From a virus, in the IMG/VR virus record IMGVR_UViG_3300007351_000277, positions 1 through 64,000 of that record: DNA of 64,000 bases; one strand, 5' to 3'. The position numbers were made by a program, and so were the translations under genes. The notes under the pieces were generated by a model. It made no database searches. It was given only the letters and a program-made list of their open reading frames with translations, and was not told the DNA's origin. Below, one piece after another: positions 34,567 to 44,011 of the stretch. Positions within the stretch are counted from its first letter, which is position 1. The number at the start of each line of letters is the position of its first letter.

Positions 34567-36230
34567 CCTACTTTCTCAACAACTGCACGGTCGTCGAGGA
34601 CCTGGGCAAAGGCAGGCAACGAGCCAGCATCAGCATAAAGCCGGTGGCGTTCTGGAAGGCCGCGGTCGGCGGGGGGCTGGTGCAGACTGCCATTGACCAG
34701 ACGGTGCGGGCCAGCAAAACGGGCGACCTACCCTTTGAGGTGGTGGACGGTCCGTTCCGGTTGCGACTGCCCGACAGGTTGGCCAAGGATAAGCCATGCA
34801 TGGCCACCGAGGTTGATGGCTTCGGTACTACCTGGCGACCGGTGGACGTGTCGGACGTGCCAGGCAAGTCGGTCCTTGACGGGGTAGGCAACGTCATCGG
34901 GCGGGAGTGGGCGGGTGCCTGGGCTGGCTGCACGCTCAGGTATGTCAACTACGGGTTCAAGGTCAAAGCGGACGTGGACCTGGGCAAGGGGCATCCGGCG
35001 TCAATCTCGTTTGCTCAGGCAGCGCCCGAGGCGAGCGTGGCGACGAAGGTGGCGACGCTGACAGCCCGCACCGCAGGCGGGTTCGCCCTCTCTGACGACA
35101 AGGGCAAAAGCCTGCTGACCAGTCGTGCGGGCTATCTCTATAAGACGGGCGACATCGACTCGCCATCGGTGCCGGTCGAGACGGTGCTGGTAGTCGAGAA
35201 GGGCATCACCTACCTACGCTACATCCTGCCCAAGCCGCCGGACGGACAGGTGGACTGGTCGGGCTGGACGCTGGACCCCACGTGGGAGTCGCAGCCGGAC
35301 GCGGCAGCGGGTATAGACAATTTCATGCGTAGCGATAACGGCAGCACAAACTATGGCACCGACACCACGCTACGCATGGGTAAAGTGTCGACGATAACGG
35401 CGCGCACGCTGTTGCAGTTCGCCGATCCAGCGATAACAGGGGTCACATCATCGACCTTGACGCTCACCGTCAGCTCTGAAGCGGCAGACGTGACGAGCTA
35501 CTTCCAAGTTCATCGGTTGAAAGTGGCCTGGGTGGAAGCGCAGTCCACGTGGAATATCCGCAGCACGGGTAATAACTGGACCACCGCCGGGGCGTTTGAT
35601 GCTGCTGATTGCGAACAGGCCTACATATCAATTTCTGCCGGGGTTTCTGCTACCGCACCTGCTGGCACACAGGTGCCATTTACGTTGCCGGTGCTGTGGG
35701 CTGATACCGATCTCGGATACGGGTGGCTGATCCGAGGGCAGGCCGAAAACAGCGACTATTTCCTGATGGCCTCTTCCGACCACGCCACCGCTTCCTACCG
35801 GCCCAAGCTGACGGTGGTGTACGAGTCTGGCACCAACGTGACGTTGTATGCGGTAGCAGCAGTAGCAACTGCAAATGTGGGGGGCAATGCTGAGTTGCTA
35901 CCCGGTTATCTCTTGAAGGCAAAGGTGGCAGGGGGGACAGCCAGCGTGTCGAGTTCTACCTTTGGCGCTGGCGCGACCCTGAGTGCAGCAGCAGCCGCAG
36001 CAACTGCTACTGCACCCGAAGCGCCCCTGCGTGCTCACGCGGTTCTGCTGGCTGCTGTGGGGCAAGCGATAGCATCTTCAGCCAACGCTGCGTTCAAGGC
36101 ATCGTCCAAACTGGTGGCGGTAACGTGCGAGGCCACAGCGTTGGCACGAAACGCCATACTGCGAACAGGCTCACGGGCCATACAGAACAGTCGATTTCTC
36201 GCCTTACGCCTTTTTCGATCACTACGATGA
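34563..36230 (+). CDS. DNRLRE-domain-like protein (possible surface or fibre protein)
   Basis: Track ORF is 34539..36230. GTG 34563 overlaps the preceding stop (GTGA). The central segment GIDNFMRSDNGSTNYGTDTTLRMGK...RTLLQFADPAITG...STLTLTV...VHRLKVAWVEAQSTWN matches the DNRLRE pattern as I remember it. The tail is Ala-rich. The gene is visibly GC-richer than its neighbours. Confidence 0.65.
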   Translation: MTYFLNNCTVVEDLGKGRQRASISIKPVAFWKAAVGGGLVQTAIDQTVRASKTGDLPFEVVDGPFRLRLPDRLAKDKPCMATEVDGFGTTWRPVDVSDVPGKSVLDGVGNVIGREWAGAWAGCTLRYVNYGFKVKADVDLGKGHPASISFAQAAPEASVATKVATLTARTAGGFALSDDKGKSLLTSRAGYLYKTGDIDSPSVPVETVLVVEKGITYLRYILPKPPDGQVDWSGWTLDPTWESQPDAAAGIDNFMRSDNGSTNYGTDTTLRMGKVSTITARTLLQFADPAITGVTSSTLTLTVSSEAADVTSYFQVHRLKVAWVEAQSTWNIRSTGNNWTTAGAFDAADCEQAYISISAGVSATAPAGTQVPFTLPVLWADTDLGYGWLIRGQAENSDYFLMASSDHATASYRPKLTVVYESGTNVTLYAVAAVATANVGGNAELLPGYLLKAKVAGGTASVSSSTFGAGATLSAAAAAATATAPEAPLRAHAVLLAAVGQAIASSANAAFKASSKLVAVTCEATALARNAILRTGSRAIQNSRFLALRLFRSLR

Positions 36231-36243
36231 GAAGGATTGGACA

Positions 36244-37389
36244 TTGAAAATTGCACTCATTACCCCACTGTACAAGATGTGGGCACCCCTGACCCCCCAT
36301 AAGCTCTACGAACCCGGTGGAATGGTGGGGGGTGGCGAAACCTCTATGATTCACGTCTCTCAGGAACTGGCCAAGCACGGACACGAAATGACGGTCTACA
36401 CTCACACCAAGAAGGAAGAAGTCTATGATGGCGTGCGATGGGTCCCCCTGCGACCGGACGGGAAGTTCAAGGACAGGCCCGCGTCCGTTGACGTTGCCAT
36501 TGCCTACGATAGCCCCCAGATACTGATGTCCATCAATGCTCACGTGCGCATACTGGAAAACCAGACCAACAACCCCACGTTGATCGGCTTACCTGACGGG
36601 CTGATCGATATGTTTGTCTTCAAAAGCGAGTGGCACAAAACCGCGGTGTCGCACGTGACGCCCACGTTACCACTGGAACGGTGCGTGGTGATCAGCAACG
36701 GGATCAACATCAGCCTTTATGCGGACCGGGCCAACATCAAAAAGGTGCCCAACCGTCTCATCTGGACTTCCTCACCGGACCGGGGGCTTCACCATGCGCT
36801 GCGCATCTTCGAGAGGGTACAGAGAGAAATACCGGACGCTACCTTCCACGTCTACTACAACTTTGATAACGCCTTTGAGTCAAGTAAGTACGGTATGGAC
36901 TACCGTACCGAGTGCTTGTGGCGGGCCAAGCGGTTATTGCAGACAGTGCCCAACGTGACCTACTTCGGGGCGGTGGACAAGAAAACGTTGGCCCAAGCGC
37001 AGATGGAAGCGCAGATGTTGCTGTTCCCCGAGGATACCATCACGCCCACCGAGGGCTTTGGCATTTCGGTCGGGGAGGCGATGGCCGCGGGCGCAATGGC
37101 CTTGCTTTCGACCTGCGACTGCTTGCCTGAAGTGTGGGGACCTGCCTCTGCAATGTTGTCTCTGCCGATAAACGATATCGTGTGGGCAGACGCTGTTTGT
37201 GAACTGCTGGGCGACCACGAAAAGAGGTCCATGTGTGTCGTCAAGGGCTATGAGCACGTCGAGAACTTCTCGTGGGATCGGGTTGGTGGCTATTGGAACA
37301 CACTTGTGACAGAACTGTATAACACCACCCCATGCCCGTACTGTAGTTCGCTAATAGGTTCGGATACAGCATGTCCCGTTGCTGCCTAA
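36244..37389 (+). CDS. family 4 (GT-B) glycosyltransferase
   Basis: KIALITP...GGGETSMIHVSQELAKHGHEMTVYTH; EX7E-like PTEGFGISVGEAMAAGAMAL. Confidence 0.85.
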   Translation: MKIALITPLYKMWAPLTPHKLYEPGGMVGGGETSMIHVSQELAKHGHEMTVYTHTKKEEVYDGVRWVPLRPDGKFKDRPASVDVAIAYDSPQILMSINAHVRILENQTNNPTLIGLPDGLIDMFVFKSEWHKTAVSHVTPTLPLERCVVISNGINISLYADRANIKKVPNRLIWTSSPDRGLHHALRIFERVQREIPDATFHVYYNFDNAFESSKYGMDYRTECLWRAKRLLQTVPNVTYFGAVDKKTLAQAQMEAQMLLFPEDTITPTEGFGISVGEAMAAGAMALLSTCDCLPEVWGPASAMLSLPINDIVWADAVCELLGDHEKRSMCVVKGYEHVENFSWDRVGGYWNTLVTELYNTTPCPYCSSLIGSDTACPVAA

Positions 37390-37462
37390 ACACAGGCGCT
37401 TCATGTGACTAAACTATCTCTGGCGAGGGCATTTAGGTGCTAATCTTGGGCAGGGAGCGGGC

Positions 37463-38311
37463 ATGGCCACACGTAGAATAGATATACGCAACTGGTTGGC
37501 TGATAAGATGGGCGACTACTTCTCGGGTTCCGTAGATTTCCCGGCCATCGGTACCATGTCGTCCACCACCATAAGCGACTCGAAGCTGACCCAACTGGAC
37601 ACCGACTACTGGAAGGGTGCCGATATTACGTTCGAGCATGCCACCGGGAGCATCGAAAATCGAACCGTGACTGACTACGTACCCTCGATAACCGGTCTTA
37701 CGGGTGGGATCATCCGACTGGACACTGCCCTCAGCACCGTTCCTTCGACCAATACTTACTACTATCTCTACCGACGTTTTCCCGTCGATTCCTACAATCG
37801 GGCCATCAATGGGGCGATACGTGACCTTCAGGGTAGGGTCGAAGTACGAAAGCGTGACACATCGCTGGTCGCTACCACCACGGTATTCGAGTACGTAGTG
37901 CCCACCATATCGCTCATCGACCGAGTGCTCGACATAGGCTATCTGGATGCTAACTACCATGACGAACCCAAGCGACTCGATAATCGGGTCTGGCTCGAGG
38001 AATGGAAAGATGGACTGCTTTCTATTCGCTTCAAGTCCGATGGCAACATAGCACCCAGCATGTCGATCTGTATCTGGGGGGCGGGCAAGCCACAGGAGCT
38101 GAGCAGTGATGCGTCGGTGTTGGAAACCGAGATACCCCCGGAGTACGTGCAGTCCTATGCAGCCGGTGAGCTAATGCAGAGTAAGTGGAGTGGGGTGGAC
38201 CCCCAGGACTCAGCAAGGCTGGCTACCTTCTACAAGCAGGAAGCGGAGTCGAAGATTCGACGGGTAAGGCGCTACGTCCCACGAGGGCGACTTATCAGGC
38301 AATGGGAGTAG
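37463..38311 (+). CDS. hypothetical tail/adaptor-region protein
   Basis: 282-aa ORF with RBS GGGAGCGGG. Called by position only. Confidence 0.55.
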   Translation: MATRRIDIRNWLADKMGDYFSGSVDFPAIGTMSSTTISDSKLTQLDTDYWKGADITFEHATGSIENRTVTDYVPSITGLTGGIIRLDTALSTVPSTNTYYYLYRRFPVDSYNRAINGAIRDLQGRVEVRKRDTSLVATTTVFEYVVPTISLIDRVLDIGYLDANYHDEPKRLDNRVWLEEWKDGLLSIRFKSDGNIAPSMSICIWGAGKPQELSSDASVLETEIPPEYVQSYAAGELMQSKWSGVDPQDSARLATFYKQEAESKIRRVRRYVPRGRLIRQWE

Positions 38312-38314
38312 CGC

Positions 38315-40156
38315 ATGGGTGCAGTCAACAGCGAAAATGAGGTCTTTCTGTATGGCGTACACTTCCCCATCACTGCCCCAGTTACACGCCAGCAGATAGC
38401 GCCATTCCCCCCCAAGCAGGTTATTGGTGATGCGACCCGTTCCGACCAGACCATCGTATCCGAGTGGATTATGACGGACTGGCGTGGTGGTCTTGGCGTT
38501 TTCGAGATGGACGAGAAGACGCAGCAAGACCGGTACTGGGATGGTAATGCGCTGGGGATATTTCGCAAGCAGTTGACGTTACCCTTGAAACCCTACCCGA
38601 CCGGTGGCAGTGCATCAGTGACTGACCCGGTCGTCTATGGCTTTCTCGACTACGGAACCGACCTTTATGCAGCCTTCAACACCTATCTATGCAAATGGAA
38701 CAACACTACTGCCACGTGGGATGCTGAGCGAACCCTGGCCGACCGACCCTACAGCGCGGTCGTGTTCGATGACAAGATGTTTTGGTTTACCGACGATGAG
38801 TATGACTACTATGACGGGTCCGCCTGGCATCGGGTCAACATACCAGGCAGGTATGGCTGTGTATTCGATGAGCAGCTAGTGCTGCTGGACACCAACGGGA
38901 ACATCCGGTGGAGCGTTGACGGCGCCATCTGGTACGACAAACTCAGGATGCCCCTGGAGAGTGGCAAGTACACCGACATTGGCGTGTTCTGGAACGCAGC
39001 GGGTGAACCAGCGGTGTACGTGGGTACCACTACAGGCATTTGGGTGCTGGACTATTGGGCTGAAAAAGCCTATCCCACCATTCTCGAATATGCACCGGGT
39101 GACTACTCGGGCATCTTTGAGGTCTACAAAGATGGCCACATGTATGTAGCAGATGGTCTACCCGTTTATCGGTTCTCGGGTAACACCGTATCGTCGGTTG
39201 GTCTGGACAAGGATGATGGCCTACCTGTCTATTTACGGGGCAACATAGTAGCGTTTGCCAAGACGCCCAACTGGATAACGGCGGTGCTGGACGCTACCGC
39301 TGTTGAGGTCAATACCGATGACTGGGTATATCTGGGCAGTTACAGCGGAAGCGATGTGATAAATCGGGCGGTAGGCTACAGTGCTATCCTGGCTTTTACC
39401 GGTGGGGGTTGGCACATACTGTTTCGTAGTGGCAGCCTGAACACGGGCAGTCGGGCAGCGCATTTCTCTACCGTGCATGGTGAAAACCGTTTCTGGTTTG
39501 GTGCTGATGGCCAGGCATATTATCTAAAGCTACCCGAAGGTGTCTACAATCCTTTGGATGACACCGAGGCTGAGTACGCCAGCACAGGCGACAGAATTAC
39601 CCCGTGGTTTGATGGTGGTTTTTCCGAGTCCCCCAAGATCGCCAAGTCACTACGGGTGCGTGGGAAGAACCTTTCGACTGCCAAGTATATCAACGTCTAC
39701 TACGCCATTGACGATGCCACAAGCTGGACGTTTCTCACGAGCGTGACGACCGATAAACCGGACCCAATTGTGTTTGGTAGCGGGAAAGGCGTCGAGTTCG
39801 AGAAGATACGGTTTCGATTTGATCTGGCTACCGATGACGAAGATGTGACGCCGGTCCTGTCCTTCGCATCGCTGCGATACGTCAAGATTCCCCAGACCGT
39901 ATGGGGCTGGACCTTCCAGATTGACTGCACCAAGTCCTACCGTGGTCGTTCGCCCGAGGAACTCATCGCTATCATTCAGGACGCAGCCAACAAACGATAT
40001 AGGGGCGAGACGGACTACCAGTTTGGCGAGTTTACCTACCGGGATGGCACGGGGACCGATCAGACATATTGGGTGATGATCAGCAGCATGGCGGGACGGG
40101 AATGGACCGGTGCAAAAGAAGAGGCCACGTTCAACGTTACGGTGGTGGCACCATGA
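38315..40156 (+). CDS. hypothetical large tail structural protein
   Basis: 613 aa, aromatic/Gly-rich with a beta-propeller-like composition. It lies upstream of the fibre gene. No motif proof. Confidence 0.6.
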   Translation: MGAVNSENEVFLYGVHFPITAPVTRQQIAPFPPKQVIGDATRSDQTIVSEWIMTDWRGGLGVFEMDEKTQQDRYWDGNALGIFRKQLTLPLKPYPTGGSASVTDPVVYGFLDYGTDLYAAFNTYLCKWNNTTATWDAERTLADRPYSAVVFDDKMFWFTDDEYDYYDGSAWHRVNIPGRYGCVFDEQLVLLDTNGNIRWSVDGAIWYDKLRMPLESGKYTDIGVFWNAAGEPAVYVGTTTGIWVLDYWAEKAYPTILEYAPGDYSGIFEVYKDGHMYVADGLPVYRFSGNTVSSVGLDKDDGLPVYLRGNIVAFAKTPNWITAVLDATAVEVNTDDWVYLGSYSGSDVINRAVGYSAILAFTGGGWHILFRSGSLNTGSRAAHFSTVHGENRFWFGADGQAYYLKLPEGVYNPLDDTEAEYASTGDRITPWFDGGFSESPKIAKSLRVRGKNLSTAKYINVYYAIDDATSWTFLTSVTTDKPDPIVFGSGKGVEFEKIRFRFDLATDDEDVTPVLSFASLRYVKIPQTVWGWTFQIDCTKSYRGRSPEELIAIIQDAANKRYRGETDYQFGEFTYRDGTGTDQTYWVMISSMAGREWTGAKEEATFNVTVVAP

Positions 40157-40713
40157 TAAAGGTCATTGCGCTACCCAAAATTCCCAAGGTGCCCAAGCCA
40201 CCGAGCGGACAGCAAAAGATGCTAACTCGGAAGCCTAGCCTACCCAAGGTGGACCGGCCACCAGTGTTTGCTCGTGGGCCACAGTCTATCTTGACCGCAC
40301 TGGTGAAGACCGAATCTCAATATCCACCGATACCGGACAACTTCGTGGGGACGTTGCCTGAGTGGTTGGTGTACTGGGTGTTGCTTCAGTTGGGCTATCG
40401 GGACGGCGAGGATTTCACCTTTCAGTCATCCATGATGGGGGTACGCTATGAAGCTGGGGCAGCGGTAGTGGACTTTCTGATCATTAGTCGCGTGCCACAG
40501 CTTTGCATCCGCATACAGGGAATTTACTGGCATTACCTGATGGGGGCAGAGAAGATTCGCAAGGACATTACGCAGAGGCAGGAACTGGAAACACGTGGAT
40601 TTGAGGTAGTCGATCTGGATGAGGACGATATCCTGAGAGACCCATTCTACTACACAAAGCGAGCGCTTGAGGGTATAGACCTGAGTCGCAGCATGACAGG
40701 GGGTGTGCGATGA
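40153..40713 (+). CDS. Vsr/DUF559-like (PD-(D/E)XK fold) domain protein
   Basis: Track ORF is 40069..40713. ATG 40153 overlaps the preceding stop (ATGA). AAVVDFLIISRVPQLCIRIQGIYWHY...RKDITQRQELETRGFEVVDLDEDDI resembles the Vsr/DUF559 core, but Gln replaces the usual acidic residue before Gly. Confidence 0.4.
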   Translation: MIKVIALPKIPKVPKPPSGQQKMLTRKPSLPKVDRPPVFARGPQSILTALVKTESQYPPIPDNFVGTLPEWLVYWVLLQLGYRDGEDFTFQSSMMGVRYEAGAAVVDFLIISRVPQLCIRIQGIYWHYLMGAEKIRKDITQRQELETRGFEVVDLDEDDILRDPFYYTKRALEGIDLSRSMTGGVR

Positions 40714-42563
40714 CCATAGCACTAAAAGGATGGCTTTTTGATGATGCAGGGGCTGTGCAGGCTAGCAAAACCGTAGAGGCATTTGTAAGCGGAACCACCA
40801 CTGCTGCTACGACCAGTACCACGGACGCTGGGGGGGCCTGGGAGTTTGGCAGCATGGATTCCGATAGGGTCTGGGACATACGGCTCACCAGTGGCAACCA
40901 GAAACGATGGCAGCGCGGGGGTGCCAAGCCTCAGTTTGCTGAGGTAAGCGTCACGGGCAAGATACAGGTGGGCGACGGGGCTGTGGGTGCACCGAGTGTC
41001 ACGTTCTGGAACGACCCCGATAGTGGACTATACCGGATAGGCGCCAACAACCTGGGGATAGCAGTTAACGGTGCCAAGGTGCTAGACGTGGCGACCACGG
41101 GACTAGGCGTCACCGGTATCCTGAGTGCCACGGGTGTCATAAAGGCACCAGATGGTGCGGTGGATGCCCCTGCCATAACGTTTACGGACGACACTGACTG
41201 TGGCCTGTATCGCATCGGTGCCAACAACATTGGTGTTGCTGTGAACGGGGCCAAGGTACTGGATGTTGGGACCGCAGGACTAGGCATAACAGGCGTGGCA
41301 AAGCTAGGCAATGGCACCGTAAGCCTACCGGCTTATTCGTTTACCGATGATCCTGACAGTGGCATCTACCGGATAGGTGCCAACAACCTGGGGATAGCAG
41401 TGGGCGGTGCCAAGGTAGTAGATGTAGCGACTACAGGTGTGACCGTTACGGGCATTATTCAGGCTACCGGTAAGGCTTACGTGGGCGGCACCTACGCCGA
41501 CCCTGGGGCCAACAATCTGACGGTGCAAAACCAAATTGGTGTGGCGGGAGCACCCAGTTATGCTCTACATATCACTGGGGGTGGACAGACCAGTACGCAT
41601 GGGACTAGCTACGCGGGTATCTATGTGAATCCCAACGCCACCCAGGCCCAAATCTCCGTTGAGAGTAACCGCGGCTGCGAGGCCGGGATAATGATTCATT
41701 CGTCAGATATTGCCTATATTGGCTCATGGTCCAACCATGACCTGGTGCTGCGAACCAACAACACCGATAGAGGGCGATTCTACACCTCCGGTGGCCTCTA
41801 CGTCGGCTCCTCGCCCAGTGATCCGGGTGCCAATAACCTGACGGTGCAAAGCAAACTCTTCGTCAACGAAACCGCCAACGCCAACATGACGACCGGCCTC
41901 ACCATCAACCAGGGAGCGGCTGACAATGAGATTTTGGCGCTAAAGTCCAGCGACGTGGCGCACGGCATGACCGACTACACAGAGACTGATACCTATTGCT
42001 GGATACGAAAATACTCTGCCACAGAAGGCGGCTGTAGTATTACCGGAATGCGTGCTACTGGCAGTCGGTCCTTGTCTTTCAACGGGTTCGGCACAGCAGA
42101 TAATACCGCCAAAACGACAGCGGCGGATGCGTATGTTTACATCAACACGGGCAAGAAATCCGGGACCGCCGTGGCGGCGTGTGGAGCCGATGCTAACCTA
42201 CTGGTCATTGGCAATGCCTCGACGGCTCGCTTCATTTTCGACGCCGAGGGCAGCGCCCACGCGGATGTTGAATGGACAGCCTACGACTCCTACGACGACC
42301 TGGCGCTGCTGGACTCGCTCGAAAGCCACTTGGTCAAACGGGAGTTCGGGGAGTTCCTGCGGTACAACCGGGACGCTTTGCAACGGGCAGGTATCGTCAA
42401 TTTCTACGACACCGGGCCAAGAGCAATGGTCAATTTCACTCGTCTAAGCATGTTGCATACAGGAGCAATACGCCAGTTGGGACGCAAGCTGGACGACATG
42501 GCAGGACGACTGGCCATTACCGAACAACGAATGGCTCTTATAGGAGGACACAGTGGCATTTGA
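40710..42563 (+). CDS. tail fibre protein
   Basis: 617 aa. It has three tandem ~57-aa repeats (G.V.AP..TF..D.D.G.YRIGANN.G.AV.GAKV.DV...G..VTG, about 40975-41470) and a C-terminal coiled-coil-like tail. Confidence 0.8.
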   Translation: MTIALKGWLFDDAGAVQASKTVEAFVSGTTTAATTSTTDAGGAWEFGSMDSDRVWDIRLTSGNQKRWQRGGAKPQFAEVSVTGKIQVGDGAVGAPSVTFWNDPDSGLYRIGANNLGIAVNGAKVLDVATTGLGVTGILSATGVIKAPDGAVDAPAITFTDDTDCGLYRIGANNIGVAVNGAKVLDVGTAGLGITGVAKLGNGTVSLPAYSFTDDPDSGIYRIGANNLGIAVGGAKVVDVATTGVTVTGIIQATGKAYVGGTYADPGANNLTVQNQIGVAGAPSYALHITGGGQTSTHGTSYAGIYVNPNATQAQISVESNRGCEAGIMIHSSDIAYIGSWSNHDLVLRTNNTDRGRFYTSGGLYVGSSPSDPGANNLTVQSKLFVNETANANMTTGLTINQGAADNEILALKSSDVAHGMTDYTETDTYCWIRKYSATEGGCSITGMRATGSRSLSFNGFGTADNTAKTTAADAYVYINTGKKSGTAVAACGADANLLVIGNASTARFIFDAEGSAHADVEWTAYDSYDDLALLDSLESHLVKREFGEFLRYNRDALQRAGIVNFYDTGPRAMVNFTRLSMLHTGAIRQLGRKLDDMAGRLAITEQRMALIGGHSGI

Positions 42564-42804
42564 CAGATTATCCGCACGCACACCAACGAGCATCCCTATC
42601 GTCAGCATTATCCTTACCGATACTGCTGACGGTGAAAATGTATCACAGGGGGGAAAGTATGACCTGCTGGTACAGTTCAGCGATGGCACGAGGGAACGTC
42701 GTTCAGGCAACCTCGTTCCTCACCTGACATCCCAGCAGGTCAGCACCATCCAGTCGTTTTTAGCAGCCATACGTACTAAGGCAAAACAAGAGATGTTGCC
42801 CTGA
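42553..42804 (+). CDS. hypothetical protein
   Basis: 83-aa ORF. Confidence 0.45.
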   Translation: MAFDRLSARTPTSIPIVSIILTDTADGENVSQGGKYDLLVQFSDGTRERRSGNLVPHLTSQQVSTIQSFLAAIRTKAKQEMLP

Positions 42805-42816
42805 TAAGGAAGTGAA

Positions 42817-43065
42817 ATGTCGGATTACAAGGAACTAAGGACCGAACAGCAGGTAGCAATGGTGCAAAACGCCTTGCTGCAACTAGAGCAGAAGATGTTC
42901 GAGGCTCAGATGAACATCACCATTTGTAAAGCGTTAGGACCCAAGCATATTCAGAGTCTAACTGTTCACCACAACCACCTGGAAGAGGCAACTATCGGGT
43001 TAGCGGCACTACGCCAGCAATATGCTGACCTTTTGGCCAAAGATGTAACAAGGGAATCACCGTGA
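42817..43065 (+). CDS. hypothetical coiled-coil protein
   Basis: 82-aa ORF with RBS AAGGAAGTG. Confidence 0.5.
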   Translation: MSDYKELRTEQQVAMVQNALLQLEQKMFEAQMNITICKALGPKHIQSLTVHHNHLEEATIGLAALRQQYADLLAKDVTRESP

Positions 43066-43547
43066 ACTGGGATCGTCTGCGTTCGCACATCGCCACCGGT
43101 AGGGTGTATCGGGGAGCTACGCCACAGGTAACGTTGGCCACGGGGCAGTGCCTGAACATGCTACTACAGGCACCGTCTACGTCGGGGCTTACCATTGACC
43201 TAGCGGGCTTTCTGGTATCTGCCGATGCAGACATATGGACGCAGGCGAGAACTAACGGAACAATGGGGGGCACCCCTACCACAATGACACCAGCCAATTT
43301 GCTGGTAGGGGCTGTCTCGGAACCTACCGGAACCATCTATTACGCCATCTGTGGGTCGCTATCGAGCTTGGGCAAGCTCTATGACTCGATTCGTCGGTTT
43401 GCTGACCGCACAGCAGACAACAGCGATGACACAACGACGCCGCTCATCATCGCGGCAGGCAATCACGTGATCCTGGGAATTGGACCAGCAGCAGCAACCG
43501 TCAACGTGTCCGCAGTGGTTACGTGGCGCGAGCAGGGGAATAGCTAG
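43062..43547 (+). CDS. hypothetical protein
   Basis: 161-aa ORF whose GTG overlaps the preceding stop. Confidence 0.5.
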   Translation: MNWDRLRSHIATGRVYRGATPQVTLATGQCLNMLLQAPSTSGLTIDLAGFLVSADADIWTQARTNGTMGGTPTTMTPANLLVGAVSEPTGTIYYAICGSLSSLGKLYDSIRRFADRTADNSDDTTTPLIIAAGNHVILGIGPAAATVNVSAVVTWREQGNS

Positions 43548-43566
43548 AAACAAGGGGTAGTATGCG

Positions 43567-43677
43567 ATGGAGCCATCAATTACATGGGGGGAAATAATCA
43601 ACTATATCATTGCGTTCTGCTCGGGCTACGTAGTGCGATTCTTACAGGAGCGACTGTCCTGTTGGAGGCCACGGTGA
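43567..43677 (+). CDS. small membrane protein (36 aa), holin/antiholin-like candidate
   Basis: Hand translation gives MEPSITWGEIINYIIAFCSGYVVRFLQERLSCWRPR*. The next ATG follows the stop immediately. Confidence 0.3.
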   Translation: MEPSITWGEIINYIIAFCSGYVVRFLQERLSCWRPR

Positions 43678-43887
43678 ATGGCTGATACAAGTGGTAACGG
43701 TAAGCTCGGGTGGAACTACCGGACCATTGTACTCATTGCCGTGGTATCGATGTGGGTGATATGCGTGGTTGCTGATGTCGTACTGGAACCATATGAAGTA
43801 CCAGCGCAAGTACACATGGCACTTCTTGGCCTGATCGGATACCTGTTCAAGGACGTACTACCGAGCAGGAAAGGCGATGGCAACTGA
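43678..43887 (+). CDS. holin-like membrane protein
   Basis: 69 aa with two hydrophobic segments (TIVLIAVVSMWVICVVADVVL, VHMALLGLIGYLF) and a charged C terminus. Lies upstream of the muralytic genes. Confidence 0.5.
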   Translation: MADTSGNGKLGWNYRTIVLIAVVSMWVICVVADVVLEPYEVPAQVHMALLGLIGYLFKDVLPSRKGDGN

Positions 43888-44011
43888 TGCCAGGCGCGTG
43901 TGTCCTGAGTGCAAGAAGCTGGTTGACGTGGGCATAGCGAGGGTGCCAGGCAAGATAGGCTATATCTGCTGCGAGTGCTATCATGAATGGGAGGAGAAGA
44001 ATGCGCGTTAG
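43877..44011 (+). CDS. small zinc-ribbon protein (44 aa)
   Basis: Hand translation gives MATDARRVCPECKKLVDVGIARVPGKIGYICCECYHEWEEKNAR*. It has CxxC...CxxC and overlaps both neighbours. Confidence 0.4.
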   Translation: MATDARRVCPECKKLVDVGIARVPGKIGYICCECYHEWEEKNAR

